Part shown: piece by piece, positions 44,301 to 52,003 of the stretch | How positions within the stretch are numbered: position 1 is the stretch's first letter | Layout of the letters: each line of letters opens with the position of its first letter | Assembly (NCBI GenBank): GCA_963811165.1 | Contig: CAWEQH010000004.1 | Span: 768,001 to 832,000 of the forward strand | Length of the DNA: 64,000 nt | DNA from: an uncultured Nitrospiraceae bacterium | Lineage (GTDB): Bacteria > Nitrospirota > Thermodesulfovibrionia > Thermodesulfovibrionales > UBA6898 | Reading direction: 5' to 3' | The notes under the pieces: model-generated | What the model was told of the DNA's origin: nothing | The model's database searches: none | What the model saw: only the letters and a program-made list of their open reading frames with translations | Translations under genes and position numbers: made by a program

Positions 44301-45349
44301 GCGCAGTGACGCCTGCGGGAACTGCAGGTGCTGCGAATGTAGTAGTGACGAACACGAACGGAACAGGCACCCTTACCGGAGGATTTACCTACTTAGCACC
44401 GCCGTCAGCCCCGACAGTCAGCAGCATATCACCGGCGAGCGGGCCGACCGGTGGAGGGACGGCAGTACAGATAACCGGCAGCGGGTTTATTACAGGGAGC
44501 ACGGTCACGATAGGGGGCGCAAGTGCGACGGGTGTAGTTGTCAATAGTGCCACCAGTATAAGCGCAGTGACGCCTGCGGGAACTGCAGGTGCTGCGAATG
44601 TGGCGGTGACGAACACGAACGGGAGTGGCATATTAACGGGAGGGTTTACCTATAGCGCCAATTCCTCAACGGCGGTAAAGGCTCTTGACAGCTGGAAAAA
44701 CCTCTACTCTGCCTCGCCGAACAACGCCAGAGCTAGCAACCTTAATGCGGGAAGTTTTGCAGTCGGCAGCGGATCACAGCGCCTTTTGCTCGTTTCAGTG
44801 ATCATGGAGATCGGCACGGCCGCAAACCCGACCATCAGCGCCAAGTATGGGGGGACCACCTTAACCCAGATCGGAATAACCGCCAACACTCAACGTGAAA
44901 TTGTCTGGGTGGGTTATCTCAAGGACGCTCAAATCGGTAGCGGATCCAAGGCCCTGACGATTTCCTACAGCGGCGCATCGGGCAATGTGAGCGCCTTGCA
45001 TGTGAAGTGGGCGTCTTACGCCGGCGTGAACCAGGGCAATCCGGTTGCCAGTTCAGCAGCCCATAATACAGGGTCGACTTCAGTCACCTTTGGCAGCACC
45101 ATCAACTATGTAAATGGCGGCGTGACCATCGTGGTGGCCGGTAACGGTGGTACCCCTGCGACGGGAACGCTCACCGCAACCCCGTCCTTTAGTGCGGGGA
45201 CCGCCACGACGACCAACGCGCAGACCAGCAGGACCTTCGCCACCGCGACACATACCGCGGCTGGCAGCTACTCAAGTTCCACCGCGGTGACCTGGAGCGG
45301 GACGACCAGTCCCCGATCAGGCCTGGTGGTCGTTTCCATGCAGCCATAG
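38375..45349 (+). CDS. Giant secreted protein 2, paralog of protein 1: same head, about 10 IPT/TIG, ConA/LamG-like domains, different C-terminal beta domain
   Basis: SD GGAGGG + ATG 38375, signal peptide; QDYNLTVAVL...YQRYPERYLEHLQVPY shared with protein 1. Confidence 0.9.
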   Translation: MRRLFVAILAGVCFLGYAGGAFCQDYNLTVAVLVNSTNTSGYNTNAASPGEYQRYPERYLEHLQVPYKVFDVSVQSPPADLSSRQLILIGHSGVNLPSQWQTAVISAVAGGTGLVNLDWSVNIGSSSYIQTIFGASGSHAGTPGTSITVPLSVAPGGVNAHYIAAMQKKFLGDPSGDFVYKFHVDQNGSLKTATSTVLTNAGGIVIARIGSDPLIVATTYGSGRAVHFGTLDYLRADRFGFLMGIDDLFWRSLVWAARKPFVLRGYPRLWAVQMDDTDVGWGLRIRDVYDPTFTGTVAPDGTGGPWKLTGFLYTDDLPAGGAERASVTADIRQGLLKVAPHTFGGVTYGNLYWNDGSGALTDTQWSANLTQVLQWKQGNGGNDTIPSLSRSLVAHYWDISDNTGYDLWNSLGFRYITSIQKPGFQDNADVTINGGAERPHARPFWLYEQPPKTVADEDYSLFFADDYPVNSRSGYPSKTFFLFASQLHDPGLNYPRVDAIWPSSSYGFAPADSIAQFERYTWRFWSCLAPVQLFTHDYYNYEWASASDRQQVIVQVSSWLQSLGVRHAFMEELGDYIYSRNKSVLTDVQVSGNNITYTFTGNSATADGTLVNTNALVFFDNASEGVPHSLSGFVGGITYTLQLPQAPPVINSVTPSTGSVTGGTSITINGANFVNVMAVKVGGNPVTNLAVGSSSQITATTPSGVTGSADVVVVTASGMTTLANGFTYLGLPVIDSVTPGFGPQAGGTQVTIIGRGFDATSTVTVGGVPATGVVVTDSATLTAMTPAGVPGPAGVTVTNAQGATTLSGGFFYLSASDTIHMDFKYANRSALLSAGWDFIARTYSGISRNTEQTSGLVVSYDQTAHPGTIRIPVGPGDMWENTNDSQNTLFFNLPDNWNSINLKIVSFSPTADFQQVGLLAYQDDDNYVSVSRYYSSGLSYKQTVEFGIEDSGYYNVTDQRQAPSGAVIYLRLDRDPSTDVISAFSSTDGNTWTSLSGSITKTLVKPRLCILIGANLSGTSPNADLGYVEIVAHNSTPPAPTVTAISPTSGPTAGGTTVQISGTGFIAGSTVKIGTVAATGVVVNSATSISAVTPAGTAGAANVVVTNTNGTGTFSGGFTYVAPIPPTVTGISPASGPTAGGTAVQISGTGFIAGSTVKIGTVAATGVVVNSTTSISAVTPAGTAGAADVVVTNTNGTGTLTGGFTYVASGGTLFSDDFNDGNANGWTISPLGNAAGWSVVGGVYTYNGGGHTQSYTGDATWADYTIQADIELSSLSNWPGGIRGRVNPATGAGYVVWLYPANGQIVLWRATGWNIDSPGLTQLGTAGGIAFDTSNFHTVRITFAGSTITVYYDGALVITAADATYSSGLIALDVSNQPVSFDNVTVISGSPLPPAPTVTGISPTSGPTAGGTAVQITGSGFITGSTVKIGTVAATGVVVNSTTSISAVTPAGTAGAADVVVTNTNGTGTLTGGFTYLAPPSAPTVTGISPTSGPTAGGTAVQISGTGFIAGSTVTIGGASATGVVVNSATSISAVTPAGTAGAANVVVTNTNGTGTFSGGFVYVAPIPPTVTGISPASGPTGGGTAVQISGTGFITGSTVTIGGASATGVVVNSATSISAVTPAGTAGAADVVVTNTNGTGTLTGGFTYVASGGTLFSDDFNDGNANGWTISPLGNAAGWSVVGGVYTYNGGGHTQSYTGDATWADYTIQADIELSSLSNWPGGIRGRVNPDTGAGYAVWLYPANGQIVLWRATGWNIDSPGLTQLGTAGGIAFDTSNFHTVRITFAGSTITVYYDGALVITAADATYSSGLIDLDVSNQPVSFDNVTVISGSPLPPAPTVTGISPTSGPTAGGTAVQISGTGFIAGSTVKIGTVAATGVVVNSTTSISAVTPAGTAGAADVVVTNTNGTGTLTGGFTYLAPPSAPTVSSISPASGPTGGGTAVQITGSGFITGSTVTIGGASATGVVVNSATSISAVTPAGTAGAANVVVTNTNGTGTLTGGFTYLAPPSAPTVSSISPASGPTGGGTAVQITGSGFITGSTVTIGGASATGVVVNSATSISAVTPAGTAGAANVAVTNTNGSGILTGGFTYSANSSTAVKALDSWKNLYSASPNNARASNLNAGSFAVGSGSQRLLLVSVIMEIGTAANPTISAKYGGTTLTQIGITANTQREIVWVGYLKDAQIGSGSKALTISYSGASGNVSALHVKWASYAGVNQGNPVASSAAHNTGSTSVTFGSTINYVNGGVTIVVAGNGGTPATGTLTATPSFSAGTATTTNAQTSRTFATATHTAAGSYSSSTAVTWSGTTSPRSGLVVVSMQP
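41492..44149 (+). repeat. Tandem 1329-bp (443-aa) internal duplication, followed by two ~261-bp IPT units
   Basis: Matching landmarks offset by 1329 (41492/42821, 41991/43320; shadow ORFs 42427/43756); 261 offset for 44128/44389. Confidence 0.92.
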
Positions 45350-45468
45350 AACAGGAAGCCAAGCGACAAGTCAATATTATAGAAAGAAAGGGCGGCCTTA
45401 CGCGAAGAGCATAAAAGTCCTCGGCCCCTCGCGCGCAATGGCCACGTTCTTTTACGCACTTTGAAATA

Positions 45469-47049
45469 ATGAATGAGCAAATCAAAACTGCACGGAGATT
45501 AGCCTGCATGGAAGTGCCCGCGAAGTCTCTGATTTCGACGGCCTTTGTCCAGGAGATGATCGTGCCTGGCATAATCTTCCTGAATCTTTGTATAACGATC
45601 CCGCTTGCCGCAACCCTCAATATATGGATCGATGAAGCGTTCTCACTATATACAAGCGGGAGTAACCTTGCATATGCAGCCAGGCATGCGCTCAATTTTG
45701 AATTGCAGCCGCCGCTCTATTTTATTTTCCTAAACTTATGGAGAGGCTTAGACGCCTCGGCATTTTTTGCCCGACTGTTTTCGATTTTATGCATTGCCCT
45801 CACAATCTATATCGTCGGAAAAATATCGAAGCGGTTTTTTAAGAATCTCCACCCGGGATGGATCGTTGCGTTAGTCGCCTTGAACCCTTTCATAATCTGG
45901 GCTGCGGTTGAAATCAGAATGTACGCAATGGTCATCCTGCTGTCTTCATTATTGCTGCTTTTTTTCTATGACGGGTATCTCTCTGGCATTCCGGAAACCA
46001 GATCACGATGGTGTTATACCGTATGTTCAATCTTGGCCCTGTACACGCAATATTATCTCGGCTTCTTTTTAGTTGCCAATGCCTTTGCCCTTGTTAGCCT
46101 GAAGCGATGGTCTGCGCTCCGCACGTACGTCATGAGCATGATAATTGTCGGACTTTGCTTTGTCCCTCTCTTTCTCACCGTCCTTCATCAGGTAGCCGAT
46201 ATAAACGCCTCAACGAATAACTCTCCTACAACTCTGCTTGATGGTTTGCGAACGACATATTGGAACGTATTCAAATATATCTTGCCGACTGGTGACCTGA
46301 CATGGTTATCTCCGTTAAAAAAATGGGTTTCCCGCCTAGGCGTCATAGTGATGCCGTTCCTCGTCGTCAAGAGCTGTCGACGTCCTGCCGTTGCCGATAA
46401 GGTCGCTCTTTGGACGATTTTTTCGGTCTTGTTTGTTTTATTCGTTATCGTATCTGTGTCTCTGGGCGATGAATTGTTGAAGCTTCGTCATACCGCAGCT
46501 ATCTTTCTTCCTACGATATTAATTGTATTTTCCCTGCTGTCGGTTACTAACAAGAACAGGACCCTTCTTTTCTGTTTTTTTTTAATTCTATTCTTCTACG
46601 CCGGTGCATTGTATTCAATGTATACTCCCATGGCGAAAGATGGTGACTGGTCAAGGGTTGCTTCATATATCATGAAATCGGAAAGACCCGGTGAACCCAT
46701 CATAATCTTCAGGAACGAATTTCTATTGCCTCTGGCAAGATATTATTCCGGGCCTAATCAGATAGTGCCTATACCGCGCAGCCCTGATCTTGAGAAGTAT
46801 GACCTTCGTTCTCAGGCTTTGCGGAATGAGGGAGAAATATCCCGGGCTCTTTCCCGGGTGCCGGGTGATCACGAAAGGGTCTGGCTTGTAACGGGGTTCA
46901 TCGGGAGCTTCCGGGGTGTCAGTATCAATCCTGACATTTTGGAAGCGTTTGTGAAGAGATATTATTCTGTTATAGAAAAGAGGTCTTTTTACCTGTCAGA
47001 GGTGAAATTGCTTCAGAAGAAAAATAATCAGATTGAAACCAACCCGTGA
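45469..47049 (+). CDS. GT-C fold membrane glycosyltransferase (GT39/ArnT/PMT-like; start may be downstream)
   Basis: IWIDEAFS, QPPLYF, ARLFS, EIRMYA, LYTQY; many TMs plus a C-terminal periplasmic domain. Confidence 0.85.
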   Translation: MNEQIKTARRLACMEVPAKSLISTAFVQEMIVPGIIFLNLCITIPLAATLNIWIDEAFSLYTSGSNLAYAARHALNFELQPPLYFIFLNLWRGLDASAFFARLFSILCIALTIYIVGKISKRFFKNLHPGWIVALVALNPFIIWAAVEIRMYAMVILLSSLLLLFFYDGYLSGIPETRSRWCYTVCSILALYTQYYLGFFLVANAFALVSLKRWSALRTYVMSMIIVGLCFVPLFLTVLHQVADINASTNNSPTTLLDGLRTTYWNVFKYILPTGDLTWLSPLKKWVSRLGVIVMPFLVVKSCRRPAVADKVALWTIFSVLFVLFVIVSVSLGDELLKLRHTAAIFLPTILIVFSLLSVTNKNRTLLFCFFLILFFYAGALYSMYTPMAKDGDWSRVASYIMKSERPGEPIIIFRNEFLLPLARYYSGPNQIVPIPRSPDLEKYDLRSQALRNEGEISRALSRVPGDHERVWLVTGFIGSFRGVSINPDILEAFVKRYYSVIEKRSFYLSEVKLLQKKNNQIETNP

Positions 47050-47055
47050 AAAAAT

Positions 47056-47979
47056 GTGACCGACATCAGTGTCATCGTTTGCACGTATAATCGCTCAACA
47101 AACCTTTTAGATACGTTGCGGAGTCTGGACAGAATGATTGTGCCGAATGACATTATCTGGGAGACTCTTGTAGTAGACAATAATTCCACCGATAATACCA
47201 AGAAGGTGATATCTGACTTTATAGAGGTCGGGCACAAGAGATTTCACTATTTATTCGAACCAAATCAGGGAAAGTGTTATGCTTTAAACCGTGGGATAAG
47301 GGCGGCAAAGGGAAGTATTATTGCCTTTACGGATGATGACGCTATAGTCGACGGGCATTGGCTAAAGGCTATCGTGGATACCGTTAAGAAGAGTGACGTC
47401 GAGTGTGTGGGTGGAAAGGTTTTACCAATATGGGAAGGGGCACGACCGACGTGGTTATCTGACGATCTGCTCAATGTCTTGGCAATATTGGATTACGGCG
47501 ATGACAGCTTTGAGTTTGAGCGCCGCAATAATAACCGCATGTTATTTGGTGTCAATGTCGCGTTCAAGAAAGAGTTTTTTGCCAAAGAGGGATCGTTCAA
47601 AGTCGAACTCGGCTCGCGCGGTGAAGACCAGGAAATATTCGAGAGATTGCTGGCCGCGAACGGCAGAGCGATCTACAATCCTGAGATAGTCGTCCACCAC
47701 AAGATAAATCCTCAACGATTGACGAAATCCTACTACAGGAAATGGTACTTTGAAAGTGGAAAGGCAAGAGCCAAATTAAATGCGGCAAGCAGAATAAGTC
47801 TTTTGGGCATACCTGGATATACGATAAGACAATCGGTTAGAAGACTTAAGGCATTCTTATATTCGGCGATCACTCTAAACAAATCGGCTTTTTTTTCGAA
47901 CGAACTGTGGCTGATTTTTTACTATGCTTTTTTCTTGGATAAAGTAAAGTACGCGCTTCTCCGGGCGAAGCAAACATAA
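47056..47979 (+). CDS. GT2 glycosyltransferase
   Basis: VIVCTYNR, VVDNNSTD, AFTDDD, GED. Confidence 0.92.
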   Translation: MTDISVIVCTYNRSTNLLDTLRSLDRMIVPNDIIWETLVVDNNSTDNTKKVISDFIEVGHKRFHYLFEPNQGKCYALNRGIRAAKGSIIAFTDDDAIVDGHWLKAIVDTVKKSDVECVGGKVLPIWEGARPTWLSDDLLNVLAILDYGDDSFEFERRNNNRMLFGVNVAFKKEFFAKEGSFKVELGSRGEDQEIFERLLAANGRAIYNPEIVVHHKINPQRLTKSYYRKWYFESGKARAKLNAASRISLLGIPGYTIRQSVRRLKAFLYSAITLNKSAFFSNELWLIFYYAFFLDKVKYALLRAKQT

Positions 47980-48017
47980 TATCTGAATCTGTCTCACAGG
48001 GTCTTTCCCATATAAAT

Positions 48018-49544
48018 ATGTATAGGGTACTCATAAAAAACATTCTGTCCAACTGGATGAATATTGGAGTCAGTGCGGTCATAGGTTTCTTCTTGATGCC
48101 TTTTCTGGTGCATCACCTCGACAACACTCTGTACGGCATTTGGGTCCTTATTATTTCACTTACCGGGTACGGTGTATTACTGGATTTCGGGATAAGAAGC
48201 TCCATTGTTAAGTATGCATCGCAATACCATGCAACGGACGATAGGGCGAGTCTGAACAGTGTTTTCAATACGGGTCTGGCTATCTACTCAGTGACCTGCA
48301 TGATACTAATGCTTGCGGCCCTTGTCTTTGCCCAGTTTCTGACACGCTTCTTTAATATTGCCCCTCAGCATATGCATGAAGCCAAACTGGTTTTTCTTCT
48401 TATCAGCTTCAGTTTGGCGCTAAAGTTTCCCAGCGGCGTTTTTGAGGGATTCCTGTGCGGCATCCAAAGATATGAAATAACCAACGGTATCAGCATCCTC
48501 GCGGCGGGCCTCAAGGCGATAGCGATTGTTATTTTTCTCAGTGCCGGATATAGACTGATAACCCTCGGTCTCATTGTGATGATGACGGATATAATAGCCA
48601 ACGGTTTGATGGTTTATTTCTGCTTCAAATATCTCCCGTTCCTGCGACTTTCGTCGAAGAGTGTGAACCGAAAAATGTTTAAAAGCATTTACAGGTATGG
48701 ACTATACAGTTTTATCATCATCATTGCCACCAAATTCATCTATGAGTCTGATGCGATTATCATAGGAGTTTTTTTGTCCGCTCAGGCCATTACTTTTTAT
48801 GCGATTGCAAATAATCTGATCAGATATCTGCGGCAAATATCTTATGGATTTGGAAATGTGTTCAGCCCGGCAGCAAGTGTGCTTGATGCCAGGAATGATC
48901 ATCGCAGGATTGAAGAACTGTTTACGTATGGCACGAAGTATTCCCTTCTTTTCATTCTGCCCGTTGCATTCTCTTTAATCTTCTTAGGTAAGGAATTTAT
49001 TACAATTTGGATGGGAAGAGAATATGCTCAATCAAGCGGTGATGTACTGCTAATATTGACTATCTCGCAGATCATCGCGATGGCACAGTTTTCTTCCGGT
49101 TCAATACTCTACGGCTTGAATAGGCACAGGTATCTGGCTTTCATGCTCTTGGGCGAGGCTGTTTGCAAAATTATTATAAGCTTGGCACTGGTAGGTAAGA
49201 ATGGAATAGTCGGTGTGGCATTGGGAACCGCCATGCCGGAAATTGTGGTTTATCTCTTCCTGTTGCCATGGTATATTTCTAAAATAACAAAGTGTTCCCT
49301 GGCAAAATACTTCAGAGAATCTTTTTATTTACCGCTTTTGAGCAGTATTCCTTTTGCAGGACTCCTCTGTATCTTTAAGATTTATTTTCCACCCGTTTCA
49401 TGGATCGTGTTCGTCCTTGAGATTTCCAGCGCGTTAACTGTGTATGGCATAACCTCTTTGTTTTTTTGTTTCGACGAGAAACAGAGAAGTACGATCGGTG
49501 TACTCCTTATGAGCAGGTTTAAGAGGGCGACTGCTATTGGGTAA
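48018..49544 (+). CDS. wzx: Wzx-type oligosaccharide flippase
   Basis: Polytopic MOP pattern: YGIW, LDFGI, D..IIG, FITIWMG, GIVGVALGT. Confidence 0.88.
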   Translation: MYRVLIKNILSNWMNIGVSAVIGFFLMPFLVHHLDNTLYGIWVLIISLTGYGVLLDFGIRSSIVKYASQYHATDDRASLNSVFNTGLAIYSVTCMILMLAALVFAQFLTRFFNIAPQHMHEAKLVFLLISFSLALKFPSGVFEGFLCGIQRYEITNGISILAAGLKAIAIVIFLSAGYRLITLGLIVMMTDIIANGLMVYFCFKYLPFLRLSSKSVNRKMFKSIYRYGLYSFIIIIATKFIYESDAIIIGVFLSAQAITFYAIANNLIRYLRQISYGFGNVFSPAASVLDARNDHRRIEELFTYGTKYSLLFILPVAFSLIFLGKEFITIWMGREYAQSSGDVLLILTISQIIAMAQFSSGSILYGLNRHRYLAFMLLGEAVCKIIISLALVGKNGIVGVALGTAMPEIVVYLFLLPWYISKITKCSLAKYFRESFYLPLLSSIPFAGLLCIFKIYFPPVSWIVFVLEISSALTVYGITSLFFCFDEKQRSTIGVLLMSRFKRATAIG

Positions 49545-49552
49545 GAAGGATC

Positions 49553-50719
49553 ATGTTATTATTTGAATGGATTTTTTGGGGTTCTGTATCGTTTGTTGTA
49601 GCGGCGACGGTGGGCTACCCTTTGATGATCTCCGTGTTCAGTCTTTTTGTGCAAAGATCAAGGATTTTTCGGGATGATGAACCGACCGTCACGCTCATAA
49701 TAGCGGCCCACAACGAAGAAAAAGTTATAAAAGAAAAAATTGATAACACGTTATCGCTCGATTATCCGAAGAATAAATTAGATATAATTGTGGCCTCGGA
49801 CGGTTCGACTGATATGACCAACGAGATTGTGTCTTCCTTTGCCGACCGAGGAGTGATACTCCGCGCTTACAACAGGCTGGGCAAAACCGGGATACAGAAT
49901 GAATCAGTGAAAAAGGCTAACGGCGAGATACTAGTTTTTTCAGACGCTAACGCAATGTATAGAAAGGATGCCATCAAGAAACTGGTTCGCAATTTCGCGG
50001 ATGAGTCGGTGGGATGTGTCAGCGGCCAACTGATTTATCGAAGTAGAGGCCACTGCGCGGCCGGGGAATCCGAGGGCTATTACTGGAACTATGAAAAATA
50101 CTTAAAGAAAAAGGAAAGTGCTCTCTCTTCACTCCTGGGGGTGAATGGGTCAATCTATGCTGTCAGGAAAGAGGATTACGTGTACATAGACAATAAGCTC
50201 ATCAGCGATTTTGTCGAACCGCTCGAAATAGTGAGAAGGGGGAAAAAGGTCGTCTATGAGCCGGAAGCTATCTCAGAAGAAGAGCCGTCAGTCTCTTATG
50301 ACAAAGAACTCAGGCGTAAGATAAGAATTCTGACCCGGAGCATCCGGGGCTTGCTGCACATGAAAAGTCTTCTGAATCCTTTTAAGTATGGTATTTTTTC
50401 TCTGCAATTGTTCCTGCATAAAGCTTGCAGATACCTCGTTCCCTTCTTTCTTGCCGCGAGCGCAGCCTGTCTGTTAATATTGGCCGGAAGACCGCTTTAT
50501 TTCAGTTTATTTTGCCTGATGATAACGTCTTTTGCGGTGGCTGCGATCGCCAGACTTTTTATAGATATCGCACCGGGCAATAAGATTTTCAAGGTCTTCA
50601 ATTTGATCTATTACTACTTTCTCGTTAATTATGCGGTGACTCTGGCCTGGGTTAATATCGTGAGGGGCTCTGAAATAACGGTCTGGACGACTGACCGGAA
50701 AGGAGCTACCAAAAAGTGA
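49553..50719 (+). CDS. GT2 glycosyltransferase (CESA-like, membrane-anchored)
   Basis: IAAHNEE, SDGSTD, FSDAN, NGSIYA, RRKIR; N- and C-terminal TMs. Confidence 0.9.
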   Translation: MLLFEWIFWGSVSFVVAATVGYPLMISVFSLFVQRSRIFRDDEPTVTLIIAAHNEEKVIKEKIDNTLSLDYPKNKLDIIVASDGSTDMTNEIVSSFADRGVILRAYNRLGKTGIQNESVKKANGEILVFSDANAMYRKDAIKKLVRNFADESVGCVSGQLIYRSRGHCAAGESEGYYWNYEKYLKKKESALSSLLGVNGSIYAVRKEDYVYIDNKLISDFVEPLEIVRRGKKVVYEPEAISEEEPSVSYDKELRRKIRILTRSIRGLLHMKSLLNPFKYGIFSLQLFLHKACRYLVPFFLAASAACLLILAGRPLYFSLFCLMITSFAVAAIARLFIDIAPGNKIFKVFNLIYYYFLVNYAVTLAWVNIVRGSEITVWTTDRKGATKK

Positions 50720-50774
50720 GGAGGGCCGTCAAGATTATTAATCTCAATGATAGTAAGCGCTATCGTTCTAGGGC

Positions 50775-51983
50775 ATGATGACCAGGAAAGTATCAGATTT
50801 GACAAGATCGTGTGAATTATATAAGATCGACTTTCCGGGCTGCCTTTTTATTGCGACTGTGATGGCTTGCCTGCTTTGCTCTTTTGCTGGTGAAGCCACC
50901 GCGGGAGAGAAGCGCCCGATCGTTATCATTACCGTTGATGTGGAGTCGACCAAGGGGGTGGCCTTGCCCGAACAGGTCAATACCGCCTGTGTGGGTAATA
51001 TAACCTGCGGTCTGCGGGAAATGGTCCGCATGCTGAATGCAAAAGGTTCTGCGGCAACTTTTTTTTTGAACGTAGGTGAATATAAAGAGTACGGGGAACC
51101 CGCTTTACAAGCGATCGCAAGATGGCTCGATAAATCCGGTCAAGATGTCGAACTCCATACACATCCCCAATGGGCGTATGATGAGAAACGGAATATGATG
51201 TTTCAGTACTCCCTGGAAGAGCAGATCCGGATTGTGCGAGAAGGAAAAGATTTATTGCAAAAATGGACGGGCAATCCCGTCGTGGTGCACCGGGCCGGCG
51301 CCTATAGTGCAGATGAAAATACATTAAAGGCGCTGATCGCAAACGGCATCCTTTATGACAGCTCCCTCTTCTTTGGGAATGTGAATTCCAAAATCAATTC
51401 GGGCGACCTGAGAAAAAATGCTCTTTCCATGTATGGCCCTCTTTATGAATTTCCGGTGACGGTGTATCGGAAGAATGAATTGCCGCCGTTCGCAAACGAC
51501 TATCTGTTGCCTCATTCAAAAGTCAGGAAATATGACATCAACTGGTTTGTGGATCAGCCGGAAGCCGAAAAGGCCCTAGAGGAGGCGATTAGGCTGAAGA
51601 TGGACTTTATTATCCTTTTCCTCCACAGTTTTTCTTTCATAAAGGGGGGGGATGGAACTGGACAGATGGTAGCAGACGTCGATGCGATCAAGAGATTCGG
51701 CGATGTCCTGGACTTTATTGGCGCTAAAGGACTGAAGACATCCACCTTCAAAGAGATCCATGATGCCAATACTGGACTGAAAGAATACTTAATGAGACCG
51801 GATATCATACCCGCGATTTCTGTGAAGATCTCAATGTTTCGATATCTGCGGGAATTTATAAGTGGAAATAATTATAAAGAGTATATCCTCCTCGGCGGTG
51901 TGTTGGCCGCGGCTTTTGTACTCCTCTTAAAGAGGCGTACCTTTCGGAACGATAAAAAGCAAAAAGTTGAACCTGACGCGTAA
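50775..51983 (+). CDS. Polysaccharide deacetylase-like protein with signal peptide and C-terminal TM anchor
   Basis: TVDVE, ATFF, VELHTHP, HRAG, YDSS, FLHSFSF; C-terminal YILLGGVLAAAFVLLLKRR. Confidence 0.8.
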   Translation: MMTRKVSDLTRSCELYKIDFPGCLFIATVMACLLCSFAGEATAGEKRPIVIITVDVESTKGVALPEQVNTACVGNITCGLREMVRMLNAKGSAATFFLNVGEYKEYGEPALQAIARWLDKSGQDVELHTHPQWAYDEKRNMMFQYSLEEQIRIVREGKDLLQKWTGNPVVVHRAGAYSADENTLKALIANGILYDSSLFFGNVNSKINSGDLRKNALSMYGPLYEFPVTVYRKNELPPFANDYLLPHSKVRKYDINWFVDQPEAEKALEEAIRLKMDFIILFLHSFSFIKGGDGTGQMVADVDAIKRFGDVLDFIGAKGLKTSTFKEIHDANTGLKEYLMRPDIIPAISVKISMFRYLREFISGNNYKEYILLGGVLAAAFVLLLKRRTFRNDKKQKVEPDA

Positions 51984-52003
51984 TGAGATGGTACCGATAA
52001 ACA

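Noticed and set aside
40288..44889. Many short minus-strand ORFs (MPVPFVFVTTT...)
   Set aside because: Antisense shadows of IPT repeats.
45200..45349. PEP-CTERM, LPXTG or autotransporter signal at the end of giant protein 2
   Set aside because: Ends GLVVVSMQP with no TM/basic tail and no barrel signature.
45350..45468. Possible structured RNA after giant gene 2
   Set aside because: Only short, interrupted complementarity (ggcc/ggcc, cgcga/tcgcg); not distinguishable from chance by eye.
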